Positions 19,319-29,739 of a stretch of DNA of 64,000 nt are shown in pieces. Where the stretch lies: positions 3,232,001-3,296,000 of the forward strand of contig CBDFIJ010000004.1 in assembly GCA_965248055.1 (NCBI GenBank), read 5' to 3'. The translations under genes were made by a program, and so were the position numbers. The stretch comes from Candidatus Multivoradales bacterium. Its GTDB lineage: Bacteria; Acidobacteriota; Thermoanaerobaculia; Multivoradales; JAHEKO01. The stretch's first letter is position 1. Each line of letters starts with the position of its first letter. The notes below the pieces were generated by a model, which worked only from the letters and a program-made list of their open reading frames with translations, did not search any database and was not told the DNA's origin.

Positions 19319-21156
19319 GATTCGAGCTTCTCGATCAACGCGTCTTGGGTCAGCAGTTCGGAAAACAGAAAGGGTTCCTGTCCCGGTAGGTAGAGGACAT
19401 AAGTGGGGACCGAGTAGCGGCCATGACGAGCCAGGTAGTCGGCGATGGTGTCGTCTCGGCTAGTCCAGTCGGCTTTCATCGCCACCACGCCACGCTCGGC
19501 AAAGACCGCGGCCATGGTTTCGGTTTCCAGAACTAGCCGTTCGTTGACCTTACAAGTGAAGCACCAGTCGGCGGTGACATCGACAAACACTGGTTGGTGT
19601 TGCTCCAGCAAGGTGTCGATCCGCGTTTCATCGAAGGTTTCCCAGGTAAGGTGATGCTGGGTTTCAGAGGCCGCCACTGGCGCTTGGGCTCCGCCAGTAA
19701 CCATCAAGCCGATCGCACCGGCAATCACCGCCGCTGCCCAAGGCAGCATGCGAGCCTTGCCGCGTACCCGGCTGGCGGCCCAAATCGCTCCGGCCACCCC
19801 AAGCAACGCCAGTTGAAACGCCGCCAGGGATGCCCGGGGGATCTGATTGGCGAGTACGTAGAACAGCCACACTGCCGCTGCGGCGAGCAAGAATCCCATG
19901 GCGATCTTGAGCTGTTCCATCCAAGCACCGGGCTTGGGTAAAAAGCGCGCCAGGCCGGGGGCGATTAACAGCGCCAGATATGGCAAGGCCATGCCCAGCC
20001 CGACCGCCGTGAAGATGGTCAAGATGATGGCTGATGGCTGAGCGAGCGCGAAACCGACTGCGGTGCCGAGAAACGGCGCTGAACAAGGGGTTGCCATCAA
20101 GGTGGTGAACAACCCAGAGGCGAAGTGCCCCCCGAGCCCGTGCTTGGATTCAGTGGAGCCCATTTTGGTCACCAGTGAGGACGGCAAGATGATCTCAAAC
20201 AGGCCCCATAGGTTGAGGCAGAAAAGAATCACCACCAAAGCCAATGCGGCGACGAACAACGGTTCTTGAAACTGCACCCCCCAGCCGACCGCCCGCCCGG
20301 CCGATCGGGCCATGATCGCGACCAACGCGAGCGCCCAAAATGAGATCAAGATGCCTCCGGCGGTAGCGAAACTGCCGCGCCGAACAACCGAACTTCCCTG
20401 ATCGCTATCGCGAATCAGAGAAAAAATCTTCAGTGACAGGACCGGCAAGACGCACGGCATAGCGTTAAGGATCAGGCCTCCGAGCAGGCCGAATAGAAAC
20501 ATCCAAGCTACCGATGGCCCGGACTTGCTTGCTGATGACGCTGGCGCCATCTCTGCTTTGTTGTCAAAAAAGGCTTGATTCTGAGCCTCGCCCTTCGCGC
20601 CCACCTTCAGACGGACGATCGATTCGGTGGTAACCGGTGCTAGGCAACTGCGGTCGTCGCACGCTTGATAGGTAAGCATGAACGGAATCGTGACCTCGCC
20701 GCTAACCCCCTCGGGCACGGCAATGTCGGCATAAATCAGTGCCTCACCTTGGTAGACCGAGAGCGGTTCGTCGGCGAAGGCAAAAGAGGACATGTGGCCC
20801 TCGGGGAAATGTAGCTCGGCCGGCTCCCAGTCGGCCAAAACTCCGACACTGAGGTCGGTGCCAATCAGGTAGTCATAGGTTGGGGTGTGGCTGTTGGTGT
20901 GCCAGTCCGGGTGGATGGTCATCAACGCTGCGGCCTGCACCGTCGATCCGGCCTGGTAGCTGTCTCGATCCAGTAGGACCTCAAGATAGGCACGTTCGGT
21001 CGCCGAAAAGGTCAGCTCAAGTTCACTTTCTTGAGCCGCCCCGCTGCCAGCGAACCAGGCCATCCAAGCCGCCAAGAAAAAACGTTTGACGATCGTTGTC
21101 GAAGAAGTTTGCCGCCACAATCGGCTGTATTTAGGATTTGGCTTGGCTGGTTTCAT
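19315..21156 (-). CDS. dsbD: DsbD-family thiol:disulfide interchange protein (start uncertain)
   Basis: QACDDRSCLAP N-domain, MPCVLP and ATPCSAP membrane cysteines, TADWCFTCK thioredoxin domain. Confidence 0.88.
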   Translation of the reverse strand: MKPAKPNPKYSRLWRQTSSTTIVKRFFLAAWMAWFAGSGAAQESELELTFSATERAYLEVLLDRDSYQAGSTVQAAALMTIHPDWHTNSHTPTYDYLIGTDLSVGVLADWEPAELHFPEGHMSSFAFADEPLSVYQGEALIYADIAVPEGVSGEVTIPFMLTYQACDDRSCLAPVTTESIVRLKVGAKGEAQNQAFFDNKAEMAPASSASKSGPSVAWMFLFGLLGGLILNAMPCVLPVLSLKIFSLIRDSDQGSSVVRRGSFATAGGILISFWALALVAIMARSAGRAVGWGVQFQEPLFVAALALVVILFCLNLWGLFEIILPSSLVTKMGSTESKHGLGGHFASGLFTTLMATPCSAPFLGTAVGFALAQPSAIILTIFTAVGLGMALPYLALLIAPGLARFLPKPGAWMEQLKIAMGFLLAAAAVWLFYVLANQIPRASLAAFQLALLGVAGAIWAASRVRGKARMLPWAAAVIAGAIGLMVTGGAQAPVAASETQHHLTWETFDETRIDTLLEQHQPVFVDVTADWCFTCKVNERLVLETETMAAVFAERGVVAMKADWTSRDDTIADYLARHGRYSVPTYVLYLPGQEPFLFSELLTQDALIEKLES

Positions 21157-21211
21157 TAATATCTCCGAAACTGCATTCCCGCAACGACCGTTTGTCGATA
21201 TCCTTTGCCGC

Positions 21212-22384
21212 ATGCCGCTATCAACCCGGGCCAACCGCATTCACGAGAGCGCGACTTTCAAGGTCGCCGCTAGGGCTGCACAACTGCGCTCTGAAGGCCG
21301 ACAAATTTTGAGCCTCGGGGTCGGAGAGCCCGATTTTTCCTCACCGGATGTCGCCATCCAAGCAGCCCAACAAGCGCTGCAAGAGGGGCACACCCGGTAC
21401 GCTCCGACCGCCGGCCTGCCACAACTGCGACAGGCTATCGCGACCCGCATCGGAAAAGTATACGGCGGCCCGTGGACCGCGGATCATGTAACGGTAACCG
21501 TCGGCGGCAAAGCCGCTCTTTTTGAATTGGCATTGGCTCTGTTTGGCTCTGGCGACGAAGTCATCCTCCCGTCACCCTATTGGGTCAGCTTTCCAGAGCA
21601 AATTAGATTTTGTGGCGCGCGAATGATTCCGGTGCGCACCGATCCATCGGAGCGATTTGAGGTCACCGCTGAGCAGATCCTCGGGGCGATGAGCGAGTCG
21701 ACTCGAGCGGTGATCCTCAACAGTCCCAGTAACCCGACCGGTGCGGTGGTCGCTGCACACGTTTTGCAGCAGGTTGTTGCCGAGTGCGCCCAGCGCGGAA
21801 TCGTGGTGATAGCAGACGAGACTTATGATCGGTTTGTCTACGACGGACCGTTTTCAAGCATTGCACCCTTGGCGCACGAATTTCCTGAGACCGTGGTCTT
21901 GGTGGGGTCGTTTTCCAAAACCTATGCGATGACCGGCTGGAGGCTTGGCTATCTCTTGGCCAACGCGGAGATCAGTGGTGCGGTACGCAAGATCCAGGGG
22001 CACGCGACCTCGGCTCCCACCACCTTCGCGATGCACGGCGCGCTGGCCGCCTTGGAGTCTGGTGAGCAACGGGTTGCCAAGATGGTCGAGGTCTTCCGCA
22101 GCCGTAGAGACCTGTTGATTCGGAGGATGGCGGCGATGGAAGGATTCTCCTGCGCCGCTCCGGCGGGGGCTTTCTATTGCTTCCCGCATGTTCGACGTTT
22201 GTTCAGCCCATCGATTCCCGACTCGAGTGCGTTCTGCACCTATCTGCTTGAAGAGGCAGGAGTTGCGACCGTGCCAGGGATCGCGTTTGGCGCTGATGAC
22301 CACATTCGCATCTCTTTTGCATGTTCCGAAGAGATGCTGAATGAGGGGCTCGACTTAGTCGCCCAAGCTATTCAGCGCCTGTGA
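21212..22384 (+). CDS. Class I PLP aminotransferase (aspartate aminotransferase-like)
   Basis: GEPDF, NSPSNPTG, DETY, SFSKTYAMTGWRLGY. Confidence 0.92.
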   Translation: MPLSTRANRIHESATFKVAARAAQLRSEGRQILSLGVGEPDFSSPDVAIQAAQQALQEGHTRYAPTAGLPQLRQAIATRIGKVYGGPWTADHVTVTVGGKAALFELALALFGSGDEVILPSPYWVSFPEQIRFCGARMIPVRTDPSERFEVTAEQILGAMSESTRAVILNSPSNPTGAVVAAHVLQQVVAECAQRGIVVIADETYDRFVYDGPFSSIAPLAHEFPETVVLVGSFSKTYAMTGWRLGYLLANAEISGAVRKIQGHATSAPTTFAMHGALAALESGEQRVAKMVEVFRSRRDLLIRRMAAMEGFSCAAPAGAFYCFPHVRRLFSPSIPDSSAFCTYLLEEAGVATVPGIAFGADDHIRISFACSEEMLNEGLDLVAQAIQRL

Positions 22385-22480
22385 AGTTAGCTCTCTGAAG
22401 TTGGCTCTCTGAAGAGGACACTGTGAAATCATAAGCCCGGGCCTCGGTGTCGAGGGCGAGCAATCATCTGGGAGGACACA

Positions 22481-23761
22481 ATGCACACCAATCAACCAAA
22501 TTTGACCGCTTTTCCTTGGCGGAGAAACCTCTCCATAGGCAGTTCATCGCTCCTAATGCTGACGATGTCTTTCTTGCTGGCCACAGCTCCTCTGACCGCA
22601 GCAGGCCGAGACGCCAGAGTCTTGGGCACGGTGGTCGATGAAGCGGGAGAGCGCTTGGAAGGGGTGGCGGTTTCGATTCGCGATGAAGAAGGCGAGACCG
22701 TGGCGACCACCAATCGCAAGGGTCGATTCTCAGTGATCCTGGCTGATGGCACCAAGCCCTACATCATCCGTCTGGAGAAAGAAGGCTACCGGATGTTGGA
22801 AGAGCCGATGTACCCCAAGGTCGGACAGGCGATAGCCAAGACCTGGACTCTGATCGAGGGAACCGACGGTCCGCGTACCAACGCCGAAGCCGCGGAGGCC
22901 TATTCGACCGGTATCGAAGCGCTGCGAGCTGGGGACGCGGATGTGGCGCTCGAAGCCTTGGAGCGCAGCGTGGCGGCCGATCCCACGTTCGTGCCTGGAC
23001 GGCAAGGTCTGGTCCTGGCGCTGTTGAGTGCCTCCCAGTGGCAGCGCGCTCAACTAGTTGCAGACCAGATACTGGCTGAAAACCCAGAAGACACCTTGGC
23101 GCTTAAGGGCGCCTATGATGCCGCCCACCAGATCGCGGCGCATGACGCGGCGGGCTCCTATCTCGAACGCTTGCTGGCCTTGGAGCAGAGCACTGAAGCC
23201 GCCGAGAGAATTTTCAATCAAGCGGTTTACTATGCACAAAGTGGCGACTTGGAAAAAGGGCGAACGATGCTGGAATCAGCAATCGAGATGGATCCGGTGC
23301 TCGGTCAGGCCTACCTTGCTTTGGCGACCTTGCACTTGGATGACGACCAATTTGATGAAGCCTTGGCGGTCTCCGATCGATTGCTGGCGATAGAAGCAGA
23401 CAACGTGGACGCCTTGAGTATTCGCTACGAGGTGTTTCGCCGCAGCGGGGACAAAGAAAATCTAGACCTAGCTCTTCGAGCGTTGCAATACGCTGATCCG
23501 CAGAAAATTGCCGACGCCTTCTTTCAACAGGGCTCGGCGCTGTTCGAGGAAAATAGTCTGGAGGCAGCTGCGGACGCCTTTGAGCGGGTATTGGCCGCGG
23601 TCCCCGACGATCCGAGAACCCATTACATGCTCGGCAAAGTACTGACCAGCAAGGGTGACTACGAGCAAGCGGTGACCCATCTCAAGCGTTTCGTCGAACT
23701 GGCGCCCGAGGATCCAGACGTCGCCGAGGCGCAAGAAATCATCGGCTATCTGGACAACTAG
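22481..23761 (+). CDS. Secreted TPR protein with an N-terminal carboxypeptidase-regulatory-like beta domain
   Basis: Signal peptide, GTVVDEAGERLEGV..TNRKGRF, multiple TPRs; GGAGG RBS. Confidence 0.8.
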   Translation: MHTNQPNLTAFPWRRNLSIGSSSLLMLTMSFLLATAPLTAAGRDARVLGTVVDEAGERLEGVAVSIRDEEGETVATTNRKGRFSVILADGTKPYIIRLEKEGYRMLEEPMYPKVGQAIAKTWTLIEGTDGPRTNAEAAEAYSTGIEALRAGDADVALEALERSVAADPTFVPGRQGLVLALLSASQWQRAQLVADQILAENPEDTLALKGAYDAAHQIAAHDAAGSYLERLLALEQSTEAAERIFNQAVYYAQSGDLEKGRTMLESAIEMDPVLGQAYLALATLHLDDDQFDEALAVSDRLLAIEADNVDALSIRYEVFRRSGDKENLDLALRALQYADPQKIADAFFQQGSALFEENSLEAAADAFERVLAAVPDDPRTHYMLGKVLTSKGDYEQAVTHLKRFVELAPEDPDVAEAQEIIGYLDN

Positions 23762-23793
23762 AAGACGGTACTAGCCGTCGCTGCTACCCGGAG

Positions 23794-25083
23794 CTATCTG
23801 GAATAGACTTTCTTGCCGCCAACCCAGGTTGCTGCCACGACCTCGTCACCAGCAGAGAAAGCCAGCATTGAGGCTAGGTTCTCTGGGGTCCAACCTGACA
23901 GCACCGGATGGCCGAGATTGAGCGCACAAAAGTCCGCCCATAGGCCGCTCCGAATCGCCCCGCTGGCAACCCCCAAGGATCGTGCGCCGCCAATCGTTGC
24001 TGCTTGCAAGAGCGCCGGAGCCGGTTCGTTGTGCTTCCGAACCACGCCGCGTTGTCCAGAGCGCAGCCGCTGGCCGTACTCCAGCCAGCGTAGTTCCTGG
24101 AGCATCGAGATGTGGACGTTGGAGTCGCTGCCCAGGCACAGACTGTCGGTGGCCGTAGCTAGATCCCAGGTGGGAATCCCATCGCCCAGGTTGGCTTCGG
24201 TGATCGGGCAAATGCAAGCTCGGCCGCCGCGAGCAAAGAATTCCTGAGCCTCGTCGTTTTGCGAATGGGTCAGATGAACCGCGGTGAAGCGATCGTTCAC
24301 CGCACCGCGGTCCAGCAATAGAGTCAAGGGACCGATCCCATATTGAGCCTTGCAGTCGCTGATCTCGAGTGGCTGTTCTTCGAGATGCATATGGCAGACC
24401 AGACCGCGCTGTTTCGCTTCCTGCGCGATCTCGATGACCTCCTCAGCGGCGGCAGCACGAATGCTATGGATCGCGGCTCCCAAATGGATCGTTGTCTCGT
24501 CAAACTCTTTGGCCAGCGCATCCTGATGTGCCCAGTAGAGCTCGGGGTTGGGAGTCGAGAAGCGCAGTTGAGAGGGCTCCAGAGGACGGTCGATCCCTCC
24601 GCTCTGGTAGTAGGTCACCAGCGGCGCGATGCGAATTCCTGCCTGGCGGGCCGCTGCCAACAACCTGCGATCAAGGGCAAAGTCGATGTCCTGCAAGTGG
24701 TGCAGATAGTGAAATTCTCCGACGGTAGTAATGCCAGCCGCCAGCATTTCGCGAAATGCTCGCAGGCACAGAGCCTCGAAACGATCTCCGGTTAGGTCGT
24801 CTACCAGGGCATACATTGCTTGGCGCCAACTCCAGAAGTCGCCGCCTGGATCCGAATAGCTTTCGCCGAGTCCACGCAGACCGATCTGAAAGGCGTGCGA
24901 GTGAGCGTTGACAAATCCGGGAATCAACGCGGTATTGGCCAGGGTCACTGTTTCTCGTTTTGAGTGCGACAGGTCGAGCTGATCGGCTATCCGTCCAATC
25001 TTGCCCTGGTGGTCGATATCGATCGCGACTCCTGTTTGAAAGGCGCCGTCAATCCAAGCGACCGTAGGTTGTAACCAGGTCAT
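23794..25083 (-). CDS. hutF: Formimidoylglutamate deiminase
   Basis: NAHSHAFQ, FWSWRQAMY, GEFHYLHH, CPITEANLGDG, LGSDSN, ELRWLEYGQRL. Confidence 0.9.
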   Translation of the reverse strand: MTWLQPTVAWIDGAFQTGVAIDIDHQGKIGRIADQLDLSHSKRETVTLANTALIPGFVNAHSHAFQIGLRGLGESYSDPGGDFWSWRQAMYALVDDLTGDRFEALCLRAFREMLAAGITTVGEFHYLHHLQDIDFALDRRLLAAARQAGIRIAPLVTYYQSGGIDRPLEPSQLRFSTPNPELYWAHQDALAKEFDETTIHLGAAIHSIRAAAAEEVIEIAQEAKQRGLVCHMHLEEQPLEISDCKAQYGIGPLTLLLDRGAVNDRFTAVHLTHSQNDEAQEFFARGGRACICPITEANLGDGIPTWDLATATDSLCLGSDSNVHISMLQELRWLEYGQRLRSGQRGVVRKHNEPAPALLQAATIGGARSLGVASGAIRSGLWADFCALNLGHPVLSGWTPENLASMLAFSAGDEVVAATWVGGKKVYSR

Positions 25084-26267
25084 GGGGAGGTTCTATTAAC
25101 GGAGCCAACATTATCAACGCAAAGATCTTGGATCACCGCGTCCAAGATCGACCTTGCGCGCGCGACGTCTTTCTTGGGTAGAAACTCGTTGGCCCGGTGC
25201 GCCACCTGGATAGATCCAGGTCCAAACAAGGCGCAGTCGTATCCCGCTTGACTCAGGAATCCGCCGTCACTGGAGAACTGAACCGCCGACGCTTGGTTCG
25301 TTCCGCTAGCCCGTTTTAAGGCTTCTATCAACGAGGCGTCGTCGTCGGTCGCCATCGGCGGGCTCAAACGGCCGAGCTCCAGCCGATAGCGACACGAAGT
25401 GGCTGCTTTGGTGGCCGCGTCAATCCGCTCGACGATCTCTTCGGGCTGGGTCCCGGGCAACAGACGCACGCCGATCTGAATCCGACATTGCTCGGGGATC
25501 ACGTTGACCGCGTCGCCTCCGGCAACCGACGCGACGTGTAAAACGGTGTAGGGGACACTGCCAAATTGATTGCTCAGAGCCGTGCGCTCCTGCCGCAGGG
25601 AATGGGCGAGTTGCTCCAATGCAATCATCACCTGAGCTGCCGCGGTCACCGCATTCACTCCCTGTTTGGGATAGGCGCTGTGCCCAGCCGCGCCAAAAAC
25701 AGTCAGCGTCAGCCGTAAGTGTCCTTTGTGCAACCGATGGATCTGCAGGTCGGTAGGCTCGCCGATCAGCATCGACTTTGGGGCCCTGTGGGTCGGGGCG
25801 CTGTGCGCCGCATTGGTAGTGAAATGCTCAGCGCCGTACGAGCCGATCTCTTCATCGTAGGTCACCAGCAGCGCCAGGGGGGCTCGCAGGGAGCGCTTGC
25901 TCCAAGCGACCAGCCGTTCACAGGCAAGAGCGAGAAATCCCTTCATGTCGGCGGTGCCGCGACCAACCCAGCGATCCTCGGTTGAGGTCAAGAAAAACGG
26001 AGCTGAATTCCAGTCCGGCTCCTCAGCGGGGACCGTGTCGCTGTGACCGCACAACGTCAAACCATGGGCAGCGTCTTCTCTGCCCGGCCCAGTGATCGCG
26101 AATAAGTTGGCTTTGCCTGCGTCGTTGGGTTCGACGTGGCACTTGATCTCTTTGCTCGCGAGGAAATCGGCAATGGTCTCGATCGCCCGGAGATTACTCT
26201 TAGAACTGGTGGTATCGATCGCCACCAACTGGGCAAACAATTCTTCAAACTGGAGGTGAGCTTTCAC
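25080..26267 (-). CDS. argE: M20 acetylornithine deacetylase (ArgE) family
   Basis: GHSDTVP, GRGTADMKGF, DEEIG, GEPT, HKG, GPGSIQVAHRANE. Confidence 0.8.
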   Translation of the reverse strand: MKAHLQFEELFAQLVAIDTTSSKSNLRAIETIADFLASKEIKCHVEPNDAGKANLFAITGPGREDAAHGLTLCGHSDTVPAEEPDWNSAPFFLTSTEDRWVGRGTADMKGFLALACERLVAWSKRSLRAPLALLVTYDEEIGSYGAEHFTTNAAHSAPTHRAPKSMLIGEPTDLQIHRLHKGHLRLTLTVFGAAGHSAYPKQGVNAVTAAAQVMIALEQLAHSLRQERTALSNQFGSVPYTVLHVASVAGGDAVNVIPEQCRIQIGVRLLPGTQPEEIVERIDAATKAATSCRYRLELGRLSPPMATDDDASLIEALKRASGTNQASAVQFSSDGGFLSQAGYDCALFGPGSIQVAHRANEFLPKKDVARARSILDAVIQDLCVDNVGSVNRTSP

Positions 26268-26352
26268 CTTGAGATGCTATCTGACCGCCGCTCGATTAGG
26301 TGCCTTAACTGAGTCGCCAAAGTAGCTTGAGGGAGCAGGGTAGAATGGGCTG

Positions 26353-28392
26353 GTGGACACGGAACCCTTGAATCCATCGACCTCGGCAGCCAACGGCTCC
26401 GGGGGTGCTTCCAACGACGTAAGCCTGACCCCAGGCAAACGCGTCCTTTTTCTCACCAAAGACCCTGATCTGATTCGGCGACAGCTCGCCGGAGAACTCG
26501 ACCTAACGATGGATGACCTCAATCCAGATGAACTTCTGGACGACATCAATACCGACGCCATGACGCCGGCTTGGGTGTGTTTCAGTCATCGTCCTGAGGA
26601 TCTGGCTAAGGACGCTTATGCCGGATTGGTCGTCGATGGGGAACGCTTGTTTCCTCATCGCGCGCTGATCGATGGTGGCTTCGAGGTCATCGTTTCGGGA
26701 CAGCGCAAGGGGGTTGGCAGTTCACGCGAGACCGCGGTCCAAGCAGAGAAGTGGAGCGGCATCAAGATCGCAATCGCTGACTCGTTCGCTCCGATTCACG
26801 CCGCCAACAACATCAATCAGGGCGTCCTGATGGCTGGATACCAGGTTCTAGCCCGCTTGCAGGGCGGCGAGTCGGTGCCGTTCTCGGCCTTTACCGAGGG
26901 TCGAGATCCGATCTCGCAGCGAGTCATCGAACACGGTGGGCTGTTTAACTTTGCCCGTGCGATCGCCACTGGGGAATTGGAGATTCCTACTCCGACCCAT
27001 GCGGTCGGTCCGATGACCATGGCGGAAAAAATCCTTGTGCAGCACTGCTTGGGAGAGGTGGAAACCGTACGTCCAGGCGACTCGGTGATGGTGCGAGTGG
27101 ACGCCGGATATTCGCATGAGTTCACCACCGCGCAAGTCGACTACTTTCTGCGTCAGGAATACGGTGATCAATACCAAATCCACGACGCGTCCCATTTTGC
27201 AGTTTTCGAGGATCACCTGATCTACGCCGAGCAGGTACCGAAGCTGCAGCCGTTTTTGCCAAAGATTCAGATCTTGCGCGACCTGCAACAGGAGTTCCAG
27301 AGTCATACCAAGGTCCAAGACTTCTCGGCCCAGGATGGAGTTTCCCCCGGGATCTGCCACGAAGTGGCGCGGCAAAAGTTGATCTCTCCCGGACAGTTCG
27401 TCCAGGCAACCGACAGCCACACCTGCATGGGCGGCTGCAACAACGCCTTGGCCTGGGGGGTTGGAGCCACCGAATACGCCAACCTGATTCATGCGGGTTT
27501 CACCCAGGTCGAAGTGCCGGAGTCGATCCGCTTTGAGCTTTCCGGCAGCCTGTCCGAAGGGGTGACCGCCAAAGACCTGATGCTGCACCTGTTGCTGCAT
27601 TTCGCCAAACCCCAAGCCACTCTCAAACGGGTGATTGAGTTCACCGGTCCGGGATTGGCGTCTCTGTCAATGGACGAACGCGCCACGTTGACCAATATGG
27701 CGACCGAATGTTCGGCGCGCACCGCGATTGTCGGAGCCGACGAAACCACCTTTACCTGGTTGGCCGAGCATAGACCTGAAGTCGACCTGGCTACCGCCCG
27801 TTCTTCCGCAGTAGCTCCTGACCCCGGTGCGCAATACGCTGGCGGTGTGCATTCCATTGACTTGTCCGAACTCCAGCCGATGCTGGCCCATCCCGGTGAT
27901 CCAGACCGCGGTATTCCTTCGGACCCGACCAACGGGGTTTCGGTGGCCGATGTTGGCCAAGTTGCCATCGATATCGCCTATGGCGGTAGCTGCACCGCGG
28001 GCAAGGTTGACGACCTACGCTTTTACCACCAAGTGGTGCGGGAGGCGGTCAACGCAGGGCGTCAGGTCGCTGACGGTGTGCGTTTTTATATTCAGTGCGG
28101 CTCCCAAGAGGTGGAGGACTTTTGCCGCCAAGAGGGATTTCTTGAGACCTTTGATCTGGCTGGGGTTCAATTGATCAAGCCGGGGTGCGGTGCTTGTATC
28201 GGTTGCGGCCCGGGAGTTTCCGACCGACCGGACCAAGTCACCGTGTCGGCGATCAACCGTAACTACAAAGGCCGTTCCGGCCCTGGACGGCTGTACCTCG
28301 CTTCGCCCTATACCGTCGCTGCCTCAGCCTTCACCGGCACCATCAGTGCCTATCGTCCCGGAATGTTTACCGAGACGGAGGCGATCAATTGA
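26353..28392 (+). CDS. Aconitase-family hydratase, single chain with N-terminal swivel domain
   Basis: N-terminal DINTD and GVGSSRE (LeuD-like); C-terminal DH, ICH, TDSHT, GSCT, CGACIG, NRNY (LeuC-like, three Fe-S Cys). Confidence 0.85.
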   Translation: MDTEPLNPSTSAANGSGGASNDVSLTPGKRVLFLTKDPDLIRRQLAGELDLTMDDLNPDELLDDINTDAMTPAWVCFSHRPEDLAKDAYAGLVVDGERLFPHRALIDGGFEVIVSGQRKGVGSSRETAVQAEKWSGIKIAIADSFAPIHAANNINQGVLMAGYQVLARLQGGESVPFSAFTEGRDPISQRVIEHGGLFNFARAIATGELEIPTPTHAVGPMTMAEKILVQHCLGEVETVRPGDSVMVRVDAGYSHEFTTAQVDYFLRQEYGDQYQIHDASHFAVFEDHLIYAEQVPKLQPFLPKIQILRDLQQEFQSHTKVQDFSAQDGVSPGICHEVARQKLISPGQFVQATDSHTCMGGCNNALAWGVGATEYANLIHAGFTQVEVPESIRFELSGSLSEGVTAKDLMLHLLLHFAKPQATLKRVIEFTGPGLASLSMDERATLTNMATECSARTAIVGADETTFTWLAEHRPEVDLATARSSAVAPDPGAQYAGGVHSIDLSELQPMLAHPGDPDRGIPSDPTNGVSVADVGQVAIDIAYGGSCTAGKVDDLRFYHQVVREAVNAGRQVADGVRFYIQCGSQEVEDFCRQEGFLETFDLAGVQLIKPGCGACIGCGPGVSDRPDQVTVSAINRNYKGRSGPGRLYLASPYTVAASAFTGTISAYRPGMFTETEAIN

Positions 28393-29414
28393 CACGCACC
28401 GTCAAACTCGGCCGGGTGCTACGCGGCGGGATGGAGGACTATGAGTTCGTCGGCGCATTGTGCGCGACCGACCTAGAGGGCAAGGTCGTCGCCGCAGTCG
28501 GAAAACCTAACCACCAAGCGTTCACTCGCTCTGCGGCCAAACCGGTGCAAGCTCTCCCTCTGGCGCTTGCCGCCGATGACGCCGGCCTGGATATCCCTTT
28601 GGATCTCATGGCGTTAGCCTGCGCTTCTCACTCTGGACGCCCCGAGCACGTGGATGGGGTTCGGCGACTGTTGCAACTCGGCGACCTGAACCCGGAAGAC
28701 TTGCAATGTGGAGTGCATCCGCCGTTCGACGCCGAATCGCGCAATCGCCTCAGCGCTGCGGGCCAGGTGCCGACTCTGTTGCACAACAATTGCTCTGGCA
28801 AGCACGCTGGCATGCTGCTGGCTTGCCGCTTGTTGGAGCTGCCGACTAAAACCTACTTGGATCAGCAACACCCACTACAGCGATTGATCTTCGGCCACTT
28901 TCTCGAAGTCGGTCAGTTTTCCGAGGACCAGGTCGGAGTGGCGGTCGATGGGTGTGGCGTTCCTTGCTACCGGGTGCCGTTGAGTGATGCCGCGGCCATC
29001 TATGCTCGGCTGGCCAATCAGGCATGGCCGAAACTGACCGAGAGTCGAGGTCAAGCCTTGGCCAAACTTTCCCAGGCGATGCTCAAGCACCCAGAAATGG
29101 TGGCCGGTCCTGGGCGGTTTACCACCGAATTGATGCTCGCCACTCAAGGCCGAATTCTCGCCAAAGAAGGGACTTCGGGGTTCTACGCAGTCGGCGTCCG
29201 GGGATCGAGTCCGATGGGCTTGGCTCTCAAAGTGACCCCAGGATCTGAAGAGATTCGCGCGGCGGTGGTGATCGAGGCGCTTTTCCAACTGGGCTGTTTG
29301 GACACAGCCGAACGCCAGCAGCTCAGCGCATTCGACTGCGCTCCAGTCGCCAACCATGCGGGGACTGTGGTGGGTGCGGTGGAAGTGAATCTACCTAATT
29401 TCCGATTTCTCTGA
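28389..29414 (+). CDS. L-asparaginase, Rhizobium etli type (asparaginase II family)
   Basis: RSAAKPVQA, CASHSG, NNCSGKHAGM, DGCG motifs. Confidence 0.85.
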   Translation: MTRTVKLGRVLRGGMEDYEFVGALCATDLEGKVVAAVGKPNHQAFTRSAAKPVQALPLALAADDAGLDIPLDLMALACASHSGRPEHVDGVRRLLQLGDLNPEDLQCGVHPPFDAESRNRLSAAGQVPTLLHNNCSGKHAGMLLACRLLELPTKTYLDQQHPLQRLIFGHFLEVGQFSEDQVGVAVDGCGVPCYRVPLSDAAAIYARLANQAWPKLTESRGQALAKLSQAMLKHPEMVAGPGRFTTELMLATQGRILAKEGTSGFYAVGVRGSSPMGLALKVTPGSEEIRAAVVIEALFQLGCLDTAERQQLSAFDCAPVANHAGTVVGAVEVNLPNFRFL

Positions 29415-29739
29415 TCGGCATCAGTTCTGCCCTAGGACGTCTTTCACCGGTTACCTCCAGCCCCGATAGGCTCTTTGTCTCTGGCGCTTGAACTCTCTTG
29501 GGACGCTATGTCGCATCCCAAGAAGCCCTCATTTGATCGCGCTGGCCAAGGGTGCGACTCGTCCATGTCCTCGCTCCAAGCCTAAACAAGCTGTCCGCAT
29601 TGGGATCTACACAGATAGCCATTGAGTCTTTCGACCTGTTTGACCCATTTCGCGCTGGTGGACTCCGAAAGGAAACAACTGACTCTTTGGTCACACGGAG
29701 AGCCGCTGGCCGAGCAACGACCTAAAGGAGAACATTCCC

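Noticed and set aside
18311-28392. Alpha-aminoadipate lysine pathway cluster
   Set aside because: Genes are dispersed on both strands, no homocitrate synthase or lysW/lysX, and the dehydrogenase has IDH-type motifs.
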